Part shown: positions 37,005-49,509 of the stretch, one piece after another | Numbering within the stretch: position 1 is the first letter of the stretch | Layout of the letters: each line of letters begins with the position of its first letter | DNA from: Mobula hypostoma | Lineage: Eukaryota | Length of the DNA: 64,000 nucleotides | Reading direction: 5' to 3' | Assembly (NCBI RefSeq): GCF_963921235.1 | Contig: NC_086100.1 | Coordinates: 204,602,001 to 204,666,000 of the forward strand | Made by a program: the position numbers and the translations under genes | The notes under the pieces: generated by a model | Database searches by the model: none | The model's input: only the letters and a program-made list of their open reading frames with translations | What the model was told of the DNA's origin: nothing

Positions 37005-38030
37005 AGAGCTGTGGTGTCATTTGTGGATCTTTGTTTCCCTTCTGCCGTCATCAAAGATGCCCTCACCCGCATCTCCTCCATTTCCCGCACTTCGGCCCTC
37101 ACCCCATCCTCCCGTCACCACAAAAGCGACAGAGTTCCCCTTGTCCTCACCTACCACCCCACCAGCCTCCGGATCCAGCGCATTATCCTCCGCAACTTCC
37201 GCCACCTTCAACAGGACCCCACCACTAAGCACGTCTTTCCCTCTCCACCCCTCCCCGCTTTCCGCAGGGATCGTTCCCTCCGCGACTCCCTGATGCACAC
37301 GTCCCGCCCCACGGATCTCCCACCCAGCACTTATCCCTGTAAGCGTAAGTGCTACACCTGTCCCTACACCTCCTCTCCTGCCGTCATTCGGGGCCCCAAC
37401 AGTCCTCCCAGGTGAGGCAAAACTTCACTTATGAGTCTGTTGGGGTTATCTGTTGCATCCCGGTGCGGCCTCCTCTACATCGGTGAAAACCGACGCGGAT
37501 TGGGGGACCGCTTCGTCGAGCACCTCCTCTCCGTCCGCCACAACAGACAGGATCTCCCGGTTGCCACCCACTTCAGCTCTGCTTCACATTCCCATTCAGA
37601 TATGTCCATACATGGCCTCCTCTACTACCATGATGAGGCTAAACTCAGGTTGGAAGAGCAACACCTCATGTACCGTCTAGGTAGTCTCCAGCCCCTTGGT
37701 ATGAACATAGAATTCTCCAGCTTCCGGTAATCCCCCCCCTTCCTTCCCCATCCATATTTCACTCTGCCCCCTCCCCCAGCTGCCTATCACCTCCCTCATG
37801 GTTCCGCCTCCTTCCACTACTCATTGTGCTTTCCCCTATTCCGTTTCACCTTTCCTGCCTATCCCTTCCCTGCCTCCCCTCCCGCACCGCTTTATCTTTC
37901 CACTTACTGGTATTTCACCTGACACCTACCATCCTTCCCACCCCCCCCCCACCTTATTTATAGGGCCTCTACCCTTCCCTCTTCCGGCCCGAAACGTTGA
38001 CTGATCGTTTCCACGGATGCTGCCCGCCCT
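37005..38030 (+). mobile_element. Penelope-like element 3' fragment (GIY-YIG), different subfamily
   Basis: ORFs 37011..37415 (RVPLVLTYHP, CKRKCYTCP) and 37431..37730 (LLYIGE..R.LGDRFVEH); terminus lacks the CUGANGA half of the hammerhead. Confidence 0.9.
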
Positions 38031-39240
38031 GATGGAAATAGAGAGAGAGTTGGAGGCATGACCTTGTGAAAGAGGGGAGAGGCTCGGGATATGGAGAGTC
38101 TCAGAACCAGGAAGTGGGCAGAGGCTACTGGAAGCGGAAGCTGCATTATTGGGAATATGGAGAGAGAAAGAGTTAGAGTCATGAAATGGAGAGAGCTGGA
38201 TTGTTGAGCGAGGTGCATAATATAGAAGTAAATAATGAAGGGGAGAAAGCTGTGAAAAGGGGGAGGGCAGTGATATTGGGAGAAAGAACGGAGGGGGTAA
38301 ATGGATAAAAAGAAACGGGAGGGCCTGCAGATGAATGGAGAGTGGATGTAGGGAGACATGTGTTAAAGTAGGAGAGAGTGTTAACAAGGTCACGGAATAT
38401 GTCAGGAAGGAGAGGGAAAGGAGGGCAGAGAAGGACAGAGAGGGATGTAGGAGACAGAGTGAGGTGGAAGGTCGAGTTGCAGGATGAGAGAGATGTGGAG
38501 ACAGAGGGGAGAAAGTAGGGATAAAATGGAGTGAATGGGGATGAAGAGTGAGGGGATGGATGAGGAGGATAGAACGAGAGAAGGATTGGGGTAGGATGAA
38601 GGAGGAGAGTGGATAAAGATGCGAGCGAGAAAGAAGGAGAAATATAAAGGGAGTGAGGATGCGTAGAGAAGGCTGAAGCGGAAGGAGGAGGAAGTAGAGT
38701 AGGATAGTTTTAAGGATAGAAAGAGCAGGAGAGCGGAGAGAGGGATATTGTAGAAAGAGGGAGAAGAAAGTCTGTATTTCATAACCGTCTATCCAACACT
38801 TTTTTCCTGGGATGGGGGAATGTGGGTGACCTCTGTCTGTCTTTTTGTGTAGCTCAACCAAATCATAATCCTTCGGCATACCCTGCACTCTCCCCGTTCT
38901 CTCACGCATTACCTCCCACACCCCCAAATTCCTTTCTCACTATTTCACCTCTCATTATGTTGCCCTCTCTCACCGTCCCGTCCACTTCCTTGACTTCCCA
39001 CCCAGTTCCTGTCGTCAGCCCTCCCCGCTCCCTCTGAGGCGTGATAGCCAACTCCCGCGGTTTCTCCTTTGTCCTGATTCCGCCCTCCCATTAACTAAAC
39101 CCTCCTTTATCTACTGCGCACGCTCCCCTAATTCCCCACACGCCACTCTCCTCTCTCTCTAAAGGCAAAATCCCACCCCCGCGGGGGTTTCTACCCTCTC
39201 TAGAGGATTCAGCAAAAGAGGGAGGCTGGTTTGAAAGTGT
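38030..39240. repeat. Low-complexity purine/pyrimidine-skewed tract with a polarity switch near 38790
   Basis: GA-rich 38030-38770, CT-rich 38810-39200. Confidence 0.8.
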
Positions 39241-39359
39241 GAAAGAGAGATCAGCAGATGCCTGAAATCGATAATAAAACACTAAATATGCTGCAGGAAT
39301 TCAGCAGGTCAGCCAGAATCTATGCAGTGATATATATATATAGACCACATCAGGACAGT

Positions 39360-39365
39360 TTTATT
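39360..39365 (-). terminator. Polyadenylation signal AATAAA of the defensin-like gene
   Basis: About 60 nt downstream of the TAG at 39429-39427. Confidence 0.7.
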
Positions 39366-39426
39366 TCTCAGTATTTCCGGGAGAACGGGCTTTCCACGCC
39401 CGTCTTAGAGAATAGTGTTCCAGGGA

Positions 39427-39539
39427 CTAATAGCAGCAGAAGGAACGGCGTCTTCTACAGGAAGCAATGATCGATGTCCCAGCACATAGCTTCGGAGAGC
39501 ACCTTCCTCCCATGGCTGCACAGCGGATGGTGCTGGCCG
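39427..39539 (-). CDS. Beta-defensin-like gene, coding exon 2 (mature peptide ASTIRCAAMGGRCSPKLCAGTSIIASCRRRRSFCCY*)
   Basis: Six-cysteine motif C-x6-C-x4-C-x8-C-x6-CC with GGRC; 7 basic and no acidic residues; long polypyrimidine tract and CAG acceptor (AG 39541-39540); TAG stop followed by AATAAA. Confidence 0.85.
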
Positions 39540-39544
39540 CTGGA

Positions 39545-39860
39545 AGAGAAGGAGAGAATGAGTGAGAGGGAGAGAGAGCGCGGGCAAAGAGATAGATTGA
39601 GAGGGAAGAGATTGGGTTTGAGGGTGAAAAATGAGGAAGAGAGAATAGGATAGAGAGAGCGAGTGGAAGAGAGGGAGTCAGAGAGAGGGAAGGAGGAGAG
39701 GTAGAGTGAGGGAATGGCGGAGTGGGGACTGAAATGGACGACCAAAGCGAGGGGAGAGAGATAAAGGTGAGATAGCAATGGTGAAAGTGTACTGACAGTG
39801 TGCGAGAAAGAGAGGGTGTGGTGGTAAGATTGGGAGGGAAGAATAGCAGGTGGGAGAGTC
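39545..39860 (-). repeat. CT-rich low-complexity tract preceding the defensin exon 2 acceptor
   Basis: GA-rich on the + strand, polypyrimidine on the gene strand. Confidence 0.75.
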
Positions 39861-39869
39861 ACAGTCACA

Positions 39870-40320
39870 GAAAATTACAGTAGAAGCCGTCCCTTAGCTC
39901 CAAACACTTCACGTCAAACCATTTAAAATCCCTGTTCCATCGATCTGCACTGGGACCGTGGTCCTTCGTACCGCCAGCATTTATGTACCGACCCAAATTT
40001 CTCTTAAACCTTGTAATCGAGCTCGCATGCACCACTGGCACGAGCAGCCTGTTCCATAATATTACCACCCTCTGAGTGAAGAATCTTCCGCTCCTGTTTA
40101 CAATCACCCTATCTATACCCTCATAATTTTGTACTCAAACCCATTTTCCTGCCTTCTGTAATCTTTCATGCCCTGACAAATTAAGAAATTATCAACTTCC
40201 GCTTTGAACAGGCTAAATTCCCTGTGCCACATACGCCTTTGGCAAGGAATTCCGCAGATTCACCACTCTCTGGCTATAGACTTTCATCCGAACCTCCGTT
40301 TTAAATGGAGAGCCCTCTTT
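39870..40320 (-). mobile_element. Old CR1 3'-end fragments
   Basis: FFTQRVVILWN and YSQRVVNLRNSLP. Confidence 0.7.
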
Positions 40321-42436
40321 AGGTGGGAAAAGGGATGAGGTCCTGAAAGGAGAATATAGGGAGCTAGGAAGGGAGTTGAGAAAAAGGACCGCAAAGGTAG
40401 TAATCTCGGGATTACTGCCTGTGGCACGCGACAGTGAGAGTAGGTATGCGATGAGGTGGAGGATAAATGCGTGGCTGAGGGATTGGAGCAGGGGGCAGGG
40501 ATTCAAGTTTTTTGATCATTGGGACCTCTTTTGGCGCAGGCGTGACCTGTACAAAAAGGATGGGTTACACTTGAATCCTAGGGGGACCAATATCCTGGCA
40601 GGGAGATTAGCGAGGGCTACTGAGGTGACTTTAAACTAGAATGGTTGGGGGGTGGGAATCAAATTAAAGAGGCTAGGCATGAAGAGGTTAGTTCACAACA
40701 GGGGGATGGGAACCAGTGCAGAGAGACAGAGGGGTGTAAAGTGAGGGTAGAAGCAAAAAGTACTAAGGAGAAAAGTAAAAGTGGCAGGTCGACAAATCCA
40801 GGGCAAGCATTAAAAAGGGCCACTTTTCAACATAATTGTATAAGGGCTAAGAGAGTTGTAAAAGAGCACCTGAAGGCTTCGTGTGTCAATGCAAGGAGCA
40901 TTCGTAATAAGGTGGATGAATTGAAAGTGCAGATTGTTATTAATGATTATGATATAGTTGGGATCACAGAGACATGGCTCCAGGGTGACCTAGGATGGGA
41001 GCTCAACGTTCAGGGATATTCAATATTCAGGAGGGATAGACATGAAGGAAGGGGAGGTGGGGTGGCATTGCTGGTTAAAGAAGAGATTAACACAATAGAA
41101 AGGAAGGACATAAGCCGGGAAGATGTGGAATCGATATGGGTAGAGCTGCGTAACACTAAGGGGCAGAAGACGCTGGTGAGAGTTGTGTACAGGCCACCTA
41201 ACTGTAGTAGTGAGGTCGGAGATGGTATTAAACAGGAAATTAGAAATGTGTGCAATAAAGGAACAGCAGTTATAATGGGTGACTTCAATCTACATGTAGA
41301 TTGGGTGAATCAAATTGGTAAAGGTGCTGAGGAAGAGGATTTCTTGGAATGTATGAGGGATCGTTTTTTGAACCAACATGTCGAGGAACCAACTAGAGAG
41401 CAGCTATTCTGGACTGGGTATTGAGCAATGAGGAAGGGTTAATTAGCAGTCTTGTCATGAGAGGCCTCTTGGGTAAGAGTGACCATAATATGGTGGAATT
41501 CTTCATTAAGATGGAGAGTGACATAGTTAATTCAGAAACAAAGGTTCTGAACTTAAAGAGGGGTAACTTTGAAGGTATGAGACGTGAATTAGCTAAGATA
41601 GACTGGCAAATGACACTTAAAGGATTGACGGTGGATATGCAATGGCAAGCATTTAAAGGTTGCATGGATGAACTACAACAATTGTTCATCCCAGTTTGGC
41701 AAAAGAATAAATCAAGGAAGGTAGTGCACCCGTGGCTGACAAGGGAAATTAGGGACAGCAGGCGGTGAAAAAGGCGAATGGTATGCTGGCATTTATAGCG
41801 AGAGGATTCGAGTACAGGAGCAGGGAGGTACTACTGCAGTTGTACAAGGCCTTGGTGAGACCACACCTGGAGAATTGTGTGCAGTTTTGGTCCCCTAATC
41901 TGAGGAAAGACATCCTTGCCATAGAGCGAGTACAATGAAGGTTCACCAGATTGATTCCTGGGATGGCAGGACTTTCATATGAAGAAAGACTGGATGAACT
42001 GGGCTTGTACTCATTGGAATTTAGAAGATTGAGGGGGGATCTGATTGAAACGTATAAAATCCTAAAGGGATTGGACAGGTTAGATGCAGGAAGATTGTTC
42101 CCGATGTTGGGGAAGTCCAGAACAAGGGGCCACAGTTTGAGGATAAGGGGGAAGCCTTTTAGGACTGAGATTAGGAAAAACTTCTTCACACAGAGAGTGG
42201 TGAATCTGTGGAATTCTCTGCCACAGGAAACAGTTGAGGCCAGCTCATTGGCTATATTTAAGAGGGAGTTAGATGTGGCCCTTGTGGCTACGGGGATCAG
42301 GGGTTATGGAGGGAAGGGTGGGGCAGGGTTCTGAGTTGGATGATCAGCCATGATCATAATAAATGGCGGTGCAGGCTCGAAGGGCCGAATGGCCTACTCC
42401 TGCACCTATTTTCTATGTTTCTATGTTTCTATGTTT
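40321..42436 (+). mobile_element. Young CR1 LINE with ORF1 esterase C-terminus and endonuclease; RT core deleted near 41755
   Basis: ORF1 SGNH-like VVISGLLP..DGLHLN; endonuclease 40645..41424; WLTREIRD joins directly to QQAVKKANGML; (tttctatg)n tail. Confidence 0.94.
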
Positions 42437-42439
42437 ACT

Positions 42440-45400
42440 GAGGCTGCGCCCTCTGTTCCCGGGCATCCCACCAATCTATATTTCTGCAAACGTACTCTAT
42501 GTAATCCATTCTATATGCGTTAAATGTCAAATGCGATCTTCTCTCATCATATTAAATTCATGCGAGTAAACGCCAAAAGCCATCAAACCATGTTCAAACG
42601 ATAAAGCCTCAATTCCAGGAATCTTGGGATTTTCATTTGAGCCTTCTGTAAAATATCAGCACATTCTTGCTTATATAAGCGGCCCCAGAACTGCTAACAA
42701 CCAAGTGAGTCATCGCCAGTACTTTATAAAGCGTCAGCATTACATCCTTGATTTTACAAATTGATTCCCCTCGAAATAAATGCTAACATGGCATTTGCTT
42801 TCCGCGACAACGTCTTAACCGGCAAATTAACCTTTAGTGGGATGCTGGACAAGTCAGTTTGCACCTTAATTGATTTGTATTTTCGCTCCATTAAAAAAAT
42901 AGTCAATCCGTTCATTTCTTCTACAAAGTGCATGCCCATACATTTCCGACACTGTATTTCATCTGCATTTCCTTGCATATTCTCTGAATCTGTCTCGGTG
43001 TTTCTTTAGCCTCTCAACTTCCTCAAAATCACCCGCTCCATTTCTTCAATGCAGACGATGTGGATTTTACAGCAGATTTTACTTGGGGAAGAACTGTTTG
43101 ATATTGGGTGTTGTGTGATAACGCATACTTCATTAGGGAATGTAATGTAAACATTAAGGAGACAGTGACCATAATATCATTAAATTCATATGCAATTTGG
43201 GAGGGAGAAGCATAAATCAGATGTACTGGCATCGCATTACAGAAGTATGAGAGAGAAGATTGTTCTCGTGGATTTGAGGACGATGCTTGCTGGGATGATG
43301 GCAGAACAAAGGGAGCTGAATCATCTGCCAATTATTCACAAGGCGTTGGATAGGAATCTCGACAAGCAGAGGTAGGCAACCGTGGTGGACAAGGGAAGTT
43401 AAGAACTGTATAGAATGGCCAAGGAAAGGAATTATAATATATCAAAGATGAACGGAAAGTTGGATGATTGGGGTGTTTCTAAATTCCAACAAAAGGCAAC
43501 TGAAAAAAAAAACATTTGAAGGGAAAAGATGGCAAATGACGACAGAATAGCCCATAATATAAAGCAGGACACTAAAATGTTTTTATTTATATAAGGAGTA
43601 AACAAGTGGGGAGGATTCATATTGGACCACTGGAAAATGATGCTGGTGATGTAGTCATGGGCTGCAAAGAAACGGCAGGAGACCTTAATAAGTATTTTGC
43701 ATCTATCTTCACTGTGGAGGACATTAGCAGTGTGCCAGAGGTCTGTGAGTGCCAGATAGCAGGACAGAGTGCCATTATTATTACAAATGGAAAGTTACCT
43801 CGGAAGAGTTAATCTGGATAAGTCAGTTGGACCAGATTCACTACATCCGGAGTTCTGAAAGAGGTTGCTGAAGAGATAGCAGGTTCATTGGGTATGATCT
43901 TGCAAGAAACAACTTGAAAAGAGAGTACTAGCAAATTGTAAATGTCACTCCACTCTTTAAGAAGGGTGGAAAGCAAAGGAAAGGTAATTATTGGCCAGCT
44001 AGCCTAAACTCAGTGGTGAAAAACCGTTGGAATCCATTGTTCAGAAAGAAGTTTCGGTGTAACTGGAGGATAATGATATTGTAAGTCAAAGTCAGCATGG
44101 TTCTGTGGAGGGAAATCTTGCCTGTAAAATCTTTTATGAACTTTTTGAGGACGTTACAAGCAAGGTGGATGAAGGAGGGGGAGGGGATGTCATTTACTTC
44201 AATGGTAAGAATGGATTTAATAAGGGGCACACATGAGGCAGCTTCACCTGATACATTCCAGTGTCATTACAGGAAAGATACTGGAGTGCAGATGGAACGG
44301 CTGACACGGGGTAGCTGGCAGCGACTGGGAATAGTTGGCTCCCAGTGGCTAGTGGGGATTGGCAAGTGTCAGTATTGGGACTGTTAATTTTCACATTATT
44401 TGTCAATGATTTGGATAATGGAATTGATGGTTTTGTGACAATGTTTGCGGATTAATGGAAGATTGGTGGAGAGGATGCAGTGCTGAGGAAACATACGATT
44501 GCAGCAGGATGTTCATAGTCATAGTCATAGTCATACTTTATTGATCCCGAGGGAAATTGGTTTTCGTTACAGTTGCACCATAAATAATTAAATAGTAATA
44601 AAATCATGCATAATTAAATAGTAATATGTTAATTATGCTAGGAAATAAGTCCAGGACCAGCCTATTGCTCAGGGTGTCTGACCGTCCAAGGGAGGAGTTT
44701 TTTAAAAGTTTGATGGCCACAGACAGGAATGACTTCCTATGACGCTCAGTGTTGCATCTCGGTGGAATGAGTCTCTGACTGAATTCAAAAAATTGGTAGA
44801 TGTAATAGAGTGTTGGGAAATGCATGATGATGCACTTTAGTAAAACAAACAAAAGTGAAGTCTATTATCTAAATGCGGAGAAAGTGCAAACATCAAAAGT
44901 GCAAAGGAATCTTACAGTGCTCGTGCATGTTGAGTCTCTGGCGAAGAAGGCCAATGCAATGTTGGCATTTATTACAAGGGAGTAGAACATAAAACAAGAA
45001 AATAATGTTCAGGTTTTATAAGTACCTAGTCAGGGCTCACTTGGAGTATTGTCAACAGTCTTAGGCAACATAATTCAGAAAGTTTGGTTGCCATTGGAGA
45101 GAGTTCAGAAGAGGTTCCAGAGGATGATTCCAGAAATGAAGGATTTAAAATACGAGGAGCATTTGCAAACGTTGAGTCTGTACTCAGTGGAACTTAGAAG
45201 AATGCGGGGCAATGTCATTGAAAGCTACCGAATGTTAAAAGGACTAGACAAGTTGGATGTGGTGAGGCTGATTCTTCTGGGGAGGTGTTAGGAAGTAGAG
45301 GGCACCTCCTGAAAATTGAGGGGTGACTCTTTAGAACAGAGGTAAGAAAGAGTTTTTTCTTCGCTAGAGAGCAGTAAATCTGTGTAATGCTCAGCCACAG

Positions 45401-46215
45401 ACAGATGTGGGGGCCAACTACGTGAGTATGTTAAAGATTGAAGTTGATCGTTTCCTGAACTGCCAGGGCATCAAAGGAAATGGCAAGTAGGGCGGTGTAT
45501 GGAGTTGAATGGCATCCATTATCAGCGATGATGTAATGGCGGAGCAGATTCGATGGACTGAATAGCCTACTTCTGCTTCTATGTCTTATTGGCTTATGGT
45601 CTGCACCTATCGTCATAAGTCTGAAAACTTTGCAACAAAGCCATTCATTCACCTAAATCATTGACATATAACGTAAAAAGAGTGGTCCAACACAGACCCT
45701 GCTGGAACGCCACTGGTAACGGACAGCCAAACTTTATTCCCACTATATCTTTCTGCCTATGCTCTATCCATGCGAGAATCCTTCATGTAATTCCGAGGAC
45801 TCGTTGTCTGTAAAGCAGCCTCATGTGTATCACCTTGTCAAAGACCTGCTAAAAATGCAAGTGCGGAAGATCAACCTATTCTCCTCTGTATATCCTGCTT
45901 TTATTTCTTCAAAGAATTCCACAGATTTGTCAGGCAAGGTTTTGCCTTGAGGAAACCATGTTGTCGACGGCCTATATCATAATATGCCTCCAAGTACCAT
46001 GAGGCCTCATCCTTAATAATCGACTAGACATCTTCCAACGGTGGAGTTCAGACTAACTGGCCTATCGTATCCTTTCTTCTGCTCTCTCGCTTCATGAAGA
46101 GTGCAGTGACATTTGCAATTCTCCAGTCTTCCAGAAACATTCAGGAATCCATTGATTGTTGATAGATCATTACTAGTGCCCCCACAATCTCCACACCCAC
46201 CTCCTTCAAAGACCA
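42440..46215. mobile_element. Patchwork of old CR1 fragments (minus about 42440-43030 and 45620-46215; plus about 43130-45600)
   Basis: Degenerate KANAMLAFI, IGPLENDAG, LERVQKRF.RMIP, DRPVSLNS. Confidence 0.75.
44514..44782 (-). mobile_element. LINE 3' end (Rex1/Babar-like) with (catagt)n tail inserted in an old CR1
   Basis: QRLIPPRCNTERHRKSFLSVAIKL, AATAAA, microsatellite tail. Confidence 0.7.
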
Positions 46216-46371
46216 TATATTGTGATGTAATTATAAGTCCTATTGTCTAATTATTTTTCACTCACTCACCACAGCTCCCAGGCTTTCAGTCCCTCTCAAT
46301 CAGTGCCTTTCCTCACTGCCCAAAACAGGAGTCCCAACAGACGAGAAGCTAAATTTCAGGCCAAAACTTAC

Positions 46372-46444
46372 CACCCAATGTCACACAGCAAGCAAGCACC
46401 AGCAAGGTAGAGAGAAAGACAAGGACTCTCACGGAAGGAGTCAT
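46372..46444 (-). CDS. Beta-defensin-like gene, coding exon 1 (signal peptide MTPSVRVLVFLSTLLVLACCVTLG)
   Basis: ATG, basic residue and hydrophobic core, then consensus donor G|GTAAGT; phase 1 matches the exon 2 acceptor (G+CG=Ala); lies in a rare non-repetitive island; TATA-like AAATAAAT at 46537-46530. Confidence 0.75.
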
Positions 46445-46779
46445 CGGGAATATGGCCCTGTGATGGAGATCGTTCAACGACACCTCTTCACACAGGAGTG
46501 ACTGTAAACTAATCTGAGAAGACAGGTGCATTTATTTGGTAGATTACCGTGTACACGTCATCAAAGACATGATCAGAGACTCGACTCAGGGCGCTGGGTG
46601 AGATGTGTTACTGAGGACAGTGTCAGTCCTTGTTTACTCCACAAGGCGCCGACGGAGGAGCACATTCTGTTCCTCCTGTACAGACATTCAGGAGACAGGC
46701 AAGCAACGCACGGCTGATTACTGTGCTTTATCTGTGAGGTAGCGACATGGCGAAGAAAGTACAGAGCATTGTACAGAGT

Positions 46780-49500
46780 AAACAATGTGAAACATAGCGG
46801 TCCCAATAATGACCACAGAGGAACACCACTAGTCACCGAGTCAACCAGAAAAGGACCATTTTATTCACAGCCTCCTGTATGCCAGGCATTCCCCTATCCA
46901 TGCCCATATCTTCCCTGCAACGCCATTTGATTTCATCTTGTCAAGCAGCTCCATATGTGGCACCTTAACAAACATGTTCTGAAAATCCAGGTAAATGACA
47001 TCCACACCCTCTACTTTGTACACCCTGCTTATTACCTCCTCCATGAACTCTAACAGCTTCGTTAGACAAGATTTTCTTTCACGTAAACCTTGCTGACTTT
47101 GACTTACTTTATCATTAGTATTCTAGTACTTCGAAACCTCATCCTTACCAATAGACTCTAACTCTTTCCCAACCACTGCGGTTAGGCTAACAGCATATAA
47201 TTGTCTTCATTTTCATTTCCTCCATTCTTAAAGAGTGGAATAACATTTTCAAACTTGAAGTCCTCCGCTACCATGAGAGAATCAAGTGACTCTTGAAAGA
47301 ATATACCCAATGCATCCATTATCTCTTCAGCAACCTCTCTCAGGATGTAGTCTATCCGGCCTAGGTGACATATCCACACTAAGATGTTTGAGTTTGCCAA
47401 GCACAGTTTCCATTGTAACAGCAATGGGACTCACTACTACTCCCTGACACTCATCGTCCTCTGACCCATTGATAGTGCCGTCCAGAGTGAAGAAAGATGC
47501 ACCGTACCTTTCAAGTTCATCAGTAATTTCCTTGCCTCCCGTTACTAGCTCACCACCATTATTTTCCAGTGGTCTAACATCAACTCTCACTACCCTTTTA
47601 CTCATTATATAACTTCAAAAAAACCCTTGTTATCGTTTTTTATATAATTGGCAAGTCTATCCTTATATTTCTTCTTTTCCCTACTTATAGGTTCTGTTGG
47701 ATTTTAAACGCTTTCCAAACATCCACCATCCTACTCATATGAAATACGCTTTCCTTGTCTTTTAAGCAGATGTTAACTTCCTTCGTCAGCCACGATTGCC
47801 TATCCTTGCCAATTGAGAACGTATTTTTGAGTGGGAAATATCTTTCCTGTGCCATGTGAACTATGCCCAGAATCTTTAACCATCTCTGTCCTGCCGTCAT
47901 CCCTGCCAGTATCCTCCTCCAATACAACTGGGCGAGCTCCTCTGTCATACCGCTGCAATTCTCTTTATTCTTTTGCGATACTGATGCATGTGAGTTATGT
48001 TTCTCACTTTCAATCTGCAGTATGAATTCAATTATATTATGATCACTGCCTCCTAACTGTTCCTTTACTTAAAACTGATTAATAAAATCCAGTGTTATTG
48101 CACAGCAGCCAATCTAAGATAGCCTTTCCCCGAGTAGGCTCAAGCACAAGCTGCTTTGAAAAGCCATCTCATAGGCATTCGACGTTCCCTCTCTTGCGAT
48201 TCGACAACAGCCTGAGCTTGCCAATACCCTTGCATATTGAAGTCCCCCAATACAATTGGGCGACTACCCTTATTACACGCCTTATCCAACTCAATTCGCA
48301 ATCCCAACCCCACATCTTGGGTACTATTTTGAAGTCTATATATGATTCCTATAATGGATTTTAACCCTTGCAGTTTATTAACTCCACACATAAAGATTCG
48401 ACATTCTCTGACCAAATGTCACCTCTTTCTAAAGAAACACTTCTATTTCTTACCAACAGAGCCATACCACTAACTATGCATTTCTGCCTGTGCTCTCGAT
48501 TAAAAGAAGTATATCCTTATCTCACAACTATGGGCTTCTTTCAGCCGCCGTTAGTGATGCCCACAATGTCATACAGAGTTCTAAATGGATTTCCCTCTAT
48601 TCTGTGTATCCATTCTTGCCTGAGACTCCTCCACTCCAGGGAACATATTCTCCCCATCCACTCTATCTCGACATTTCAGTATTCTATATGTTTCAATCAT
48701 CTACGCCTCTGATTTATTTTTTCACACTGCTTAGAAATTAGCCTAAACCATTATTGCTTATAACAAAGCCATGGCCAGATACTTTCCTGCACTATATTCC
48801 ATCTGTCACTTCTTTGCCCATTTTCCAATTCTGTCTACGTTCTTTTGCAGACACTGGCTTCCACAATGCTACCTGTCCCACCACCTATCTTTGATTTGCC
48901 TGAAAAGTTGACCACACAGCAATTTTATCATCCGAATAATTAACCTATAACATGAAAAGAAGTGATTCAGCTGTCCCCAGTCAATCACACCTGAGTTCAT
49001 CCACCTATCAAGCCTCTTGTATTGAAATATGTGCAGTTTAAACCAATTGTCTTTCCTCTTTTCTGTCTGTCCTCCTGTTTATCCTGTTCTCTGAATTAGC
49101 TCTTACTGGAGACAGTATTTCCTCTGCTCAGTGTCACATTGCCAGCCACTTCCGTTTGCACCCTTCTCAGCATCATGAATAAATCCCCAGGGTACTGGTC
49201 CCTCTCCAGTTCAGGAGCAGCACATCTCTTGCGTAGAGATCCTCCAGCTATGGAAGAAATTGCAGTGACCCAAGAACTTCAGCTGTGTCCCTTGCACCAG
49301 TTTCTCGGCCACATGTTCATCCGAATAATCGTTATATTTCTGTCTTATCAATACTTGGCATGAATCTAGAGTAGTCTAGAGCTATTACTCTTGCGATCGT
49401 GCTTTTTATGTCCTCTCCTAACATTCTATATTAATTGTGGCCTTGCCGAACATTTTATGTACCACATTATTGCTGCCAACATGCACCACGAGCCCTTGAG
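46780..49500 (-). mobile_element. Old CR1 LINE remnants (ORF1 to RT)
   Basis: TSGVP..S.LGP, LREVAEEIMDAL, IVLGDFNM. Confidence 0.75.
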
Positions 49501-49509
49501 AATGTTCTA

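Noticed and set aside
37926..38927. 333-aa Leu/Ser/Pro-rich ORF that looks like a membrane protein
   Set aside because: Artefact of CT-rich low-complexity DNA lacking stop codons
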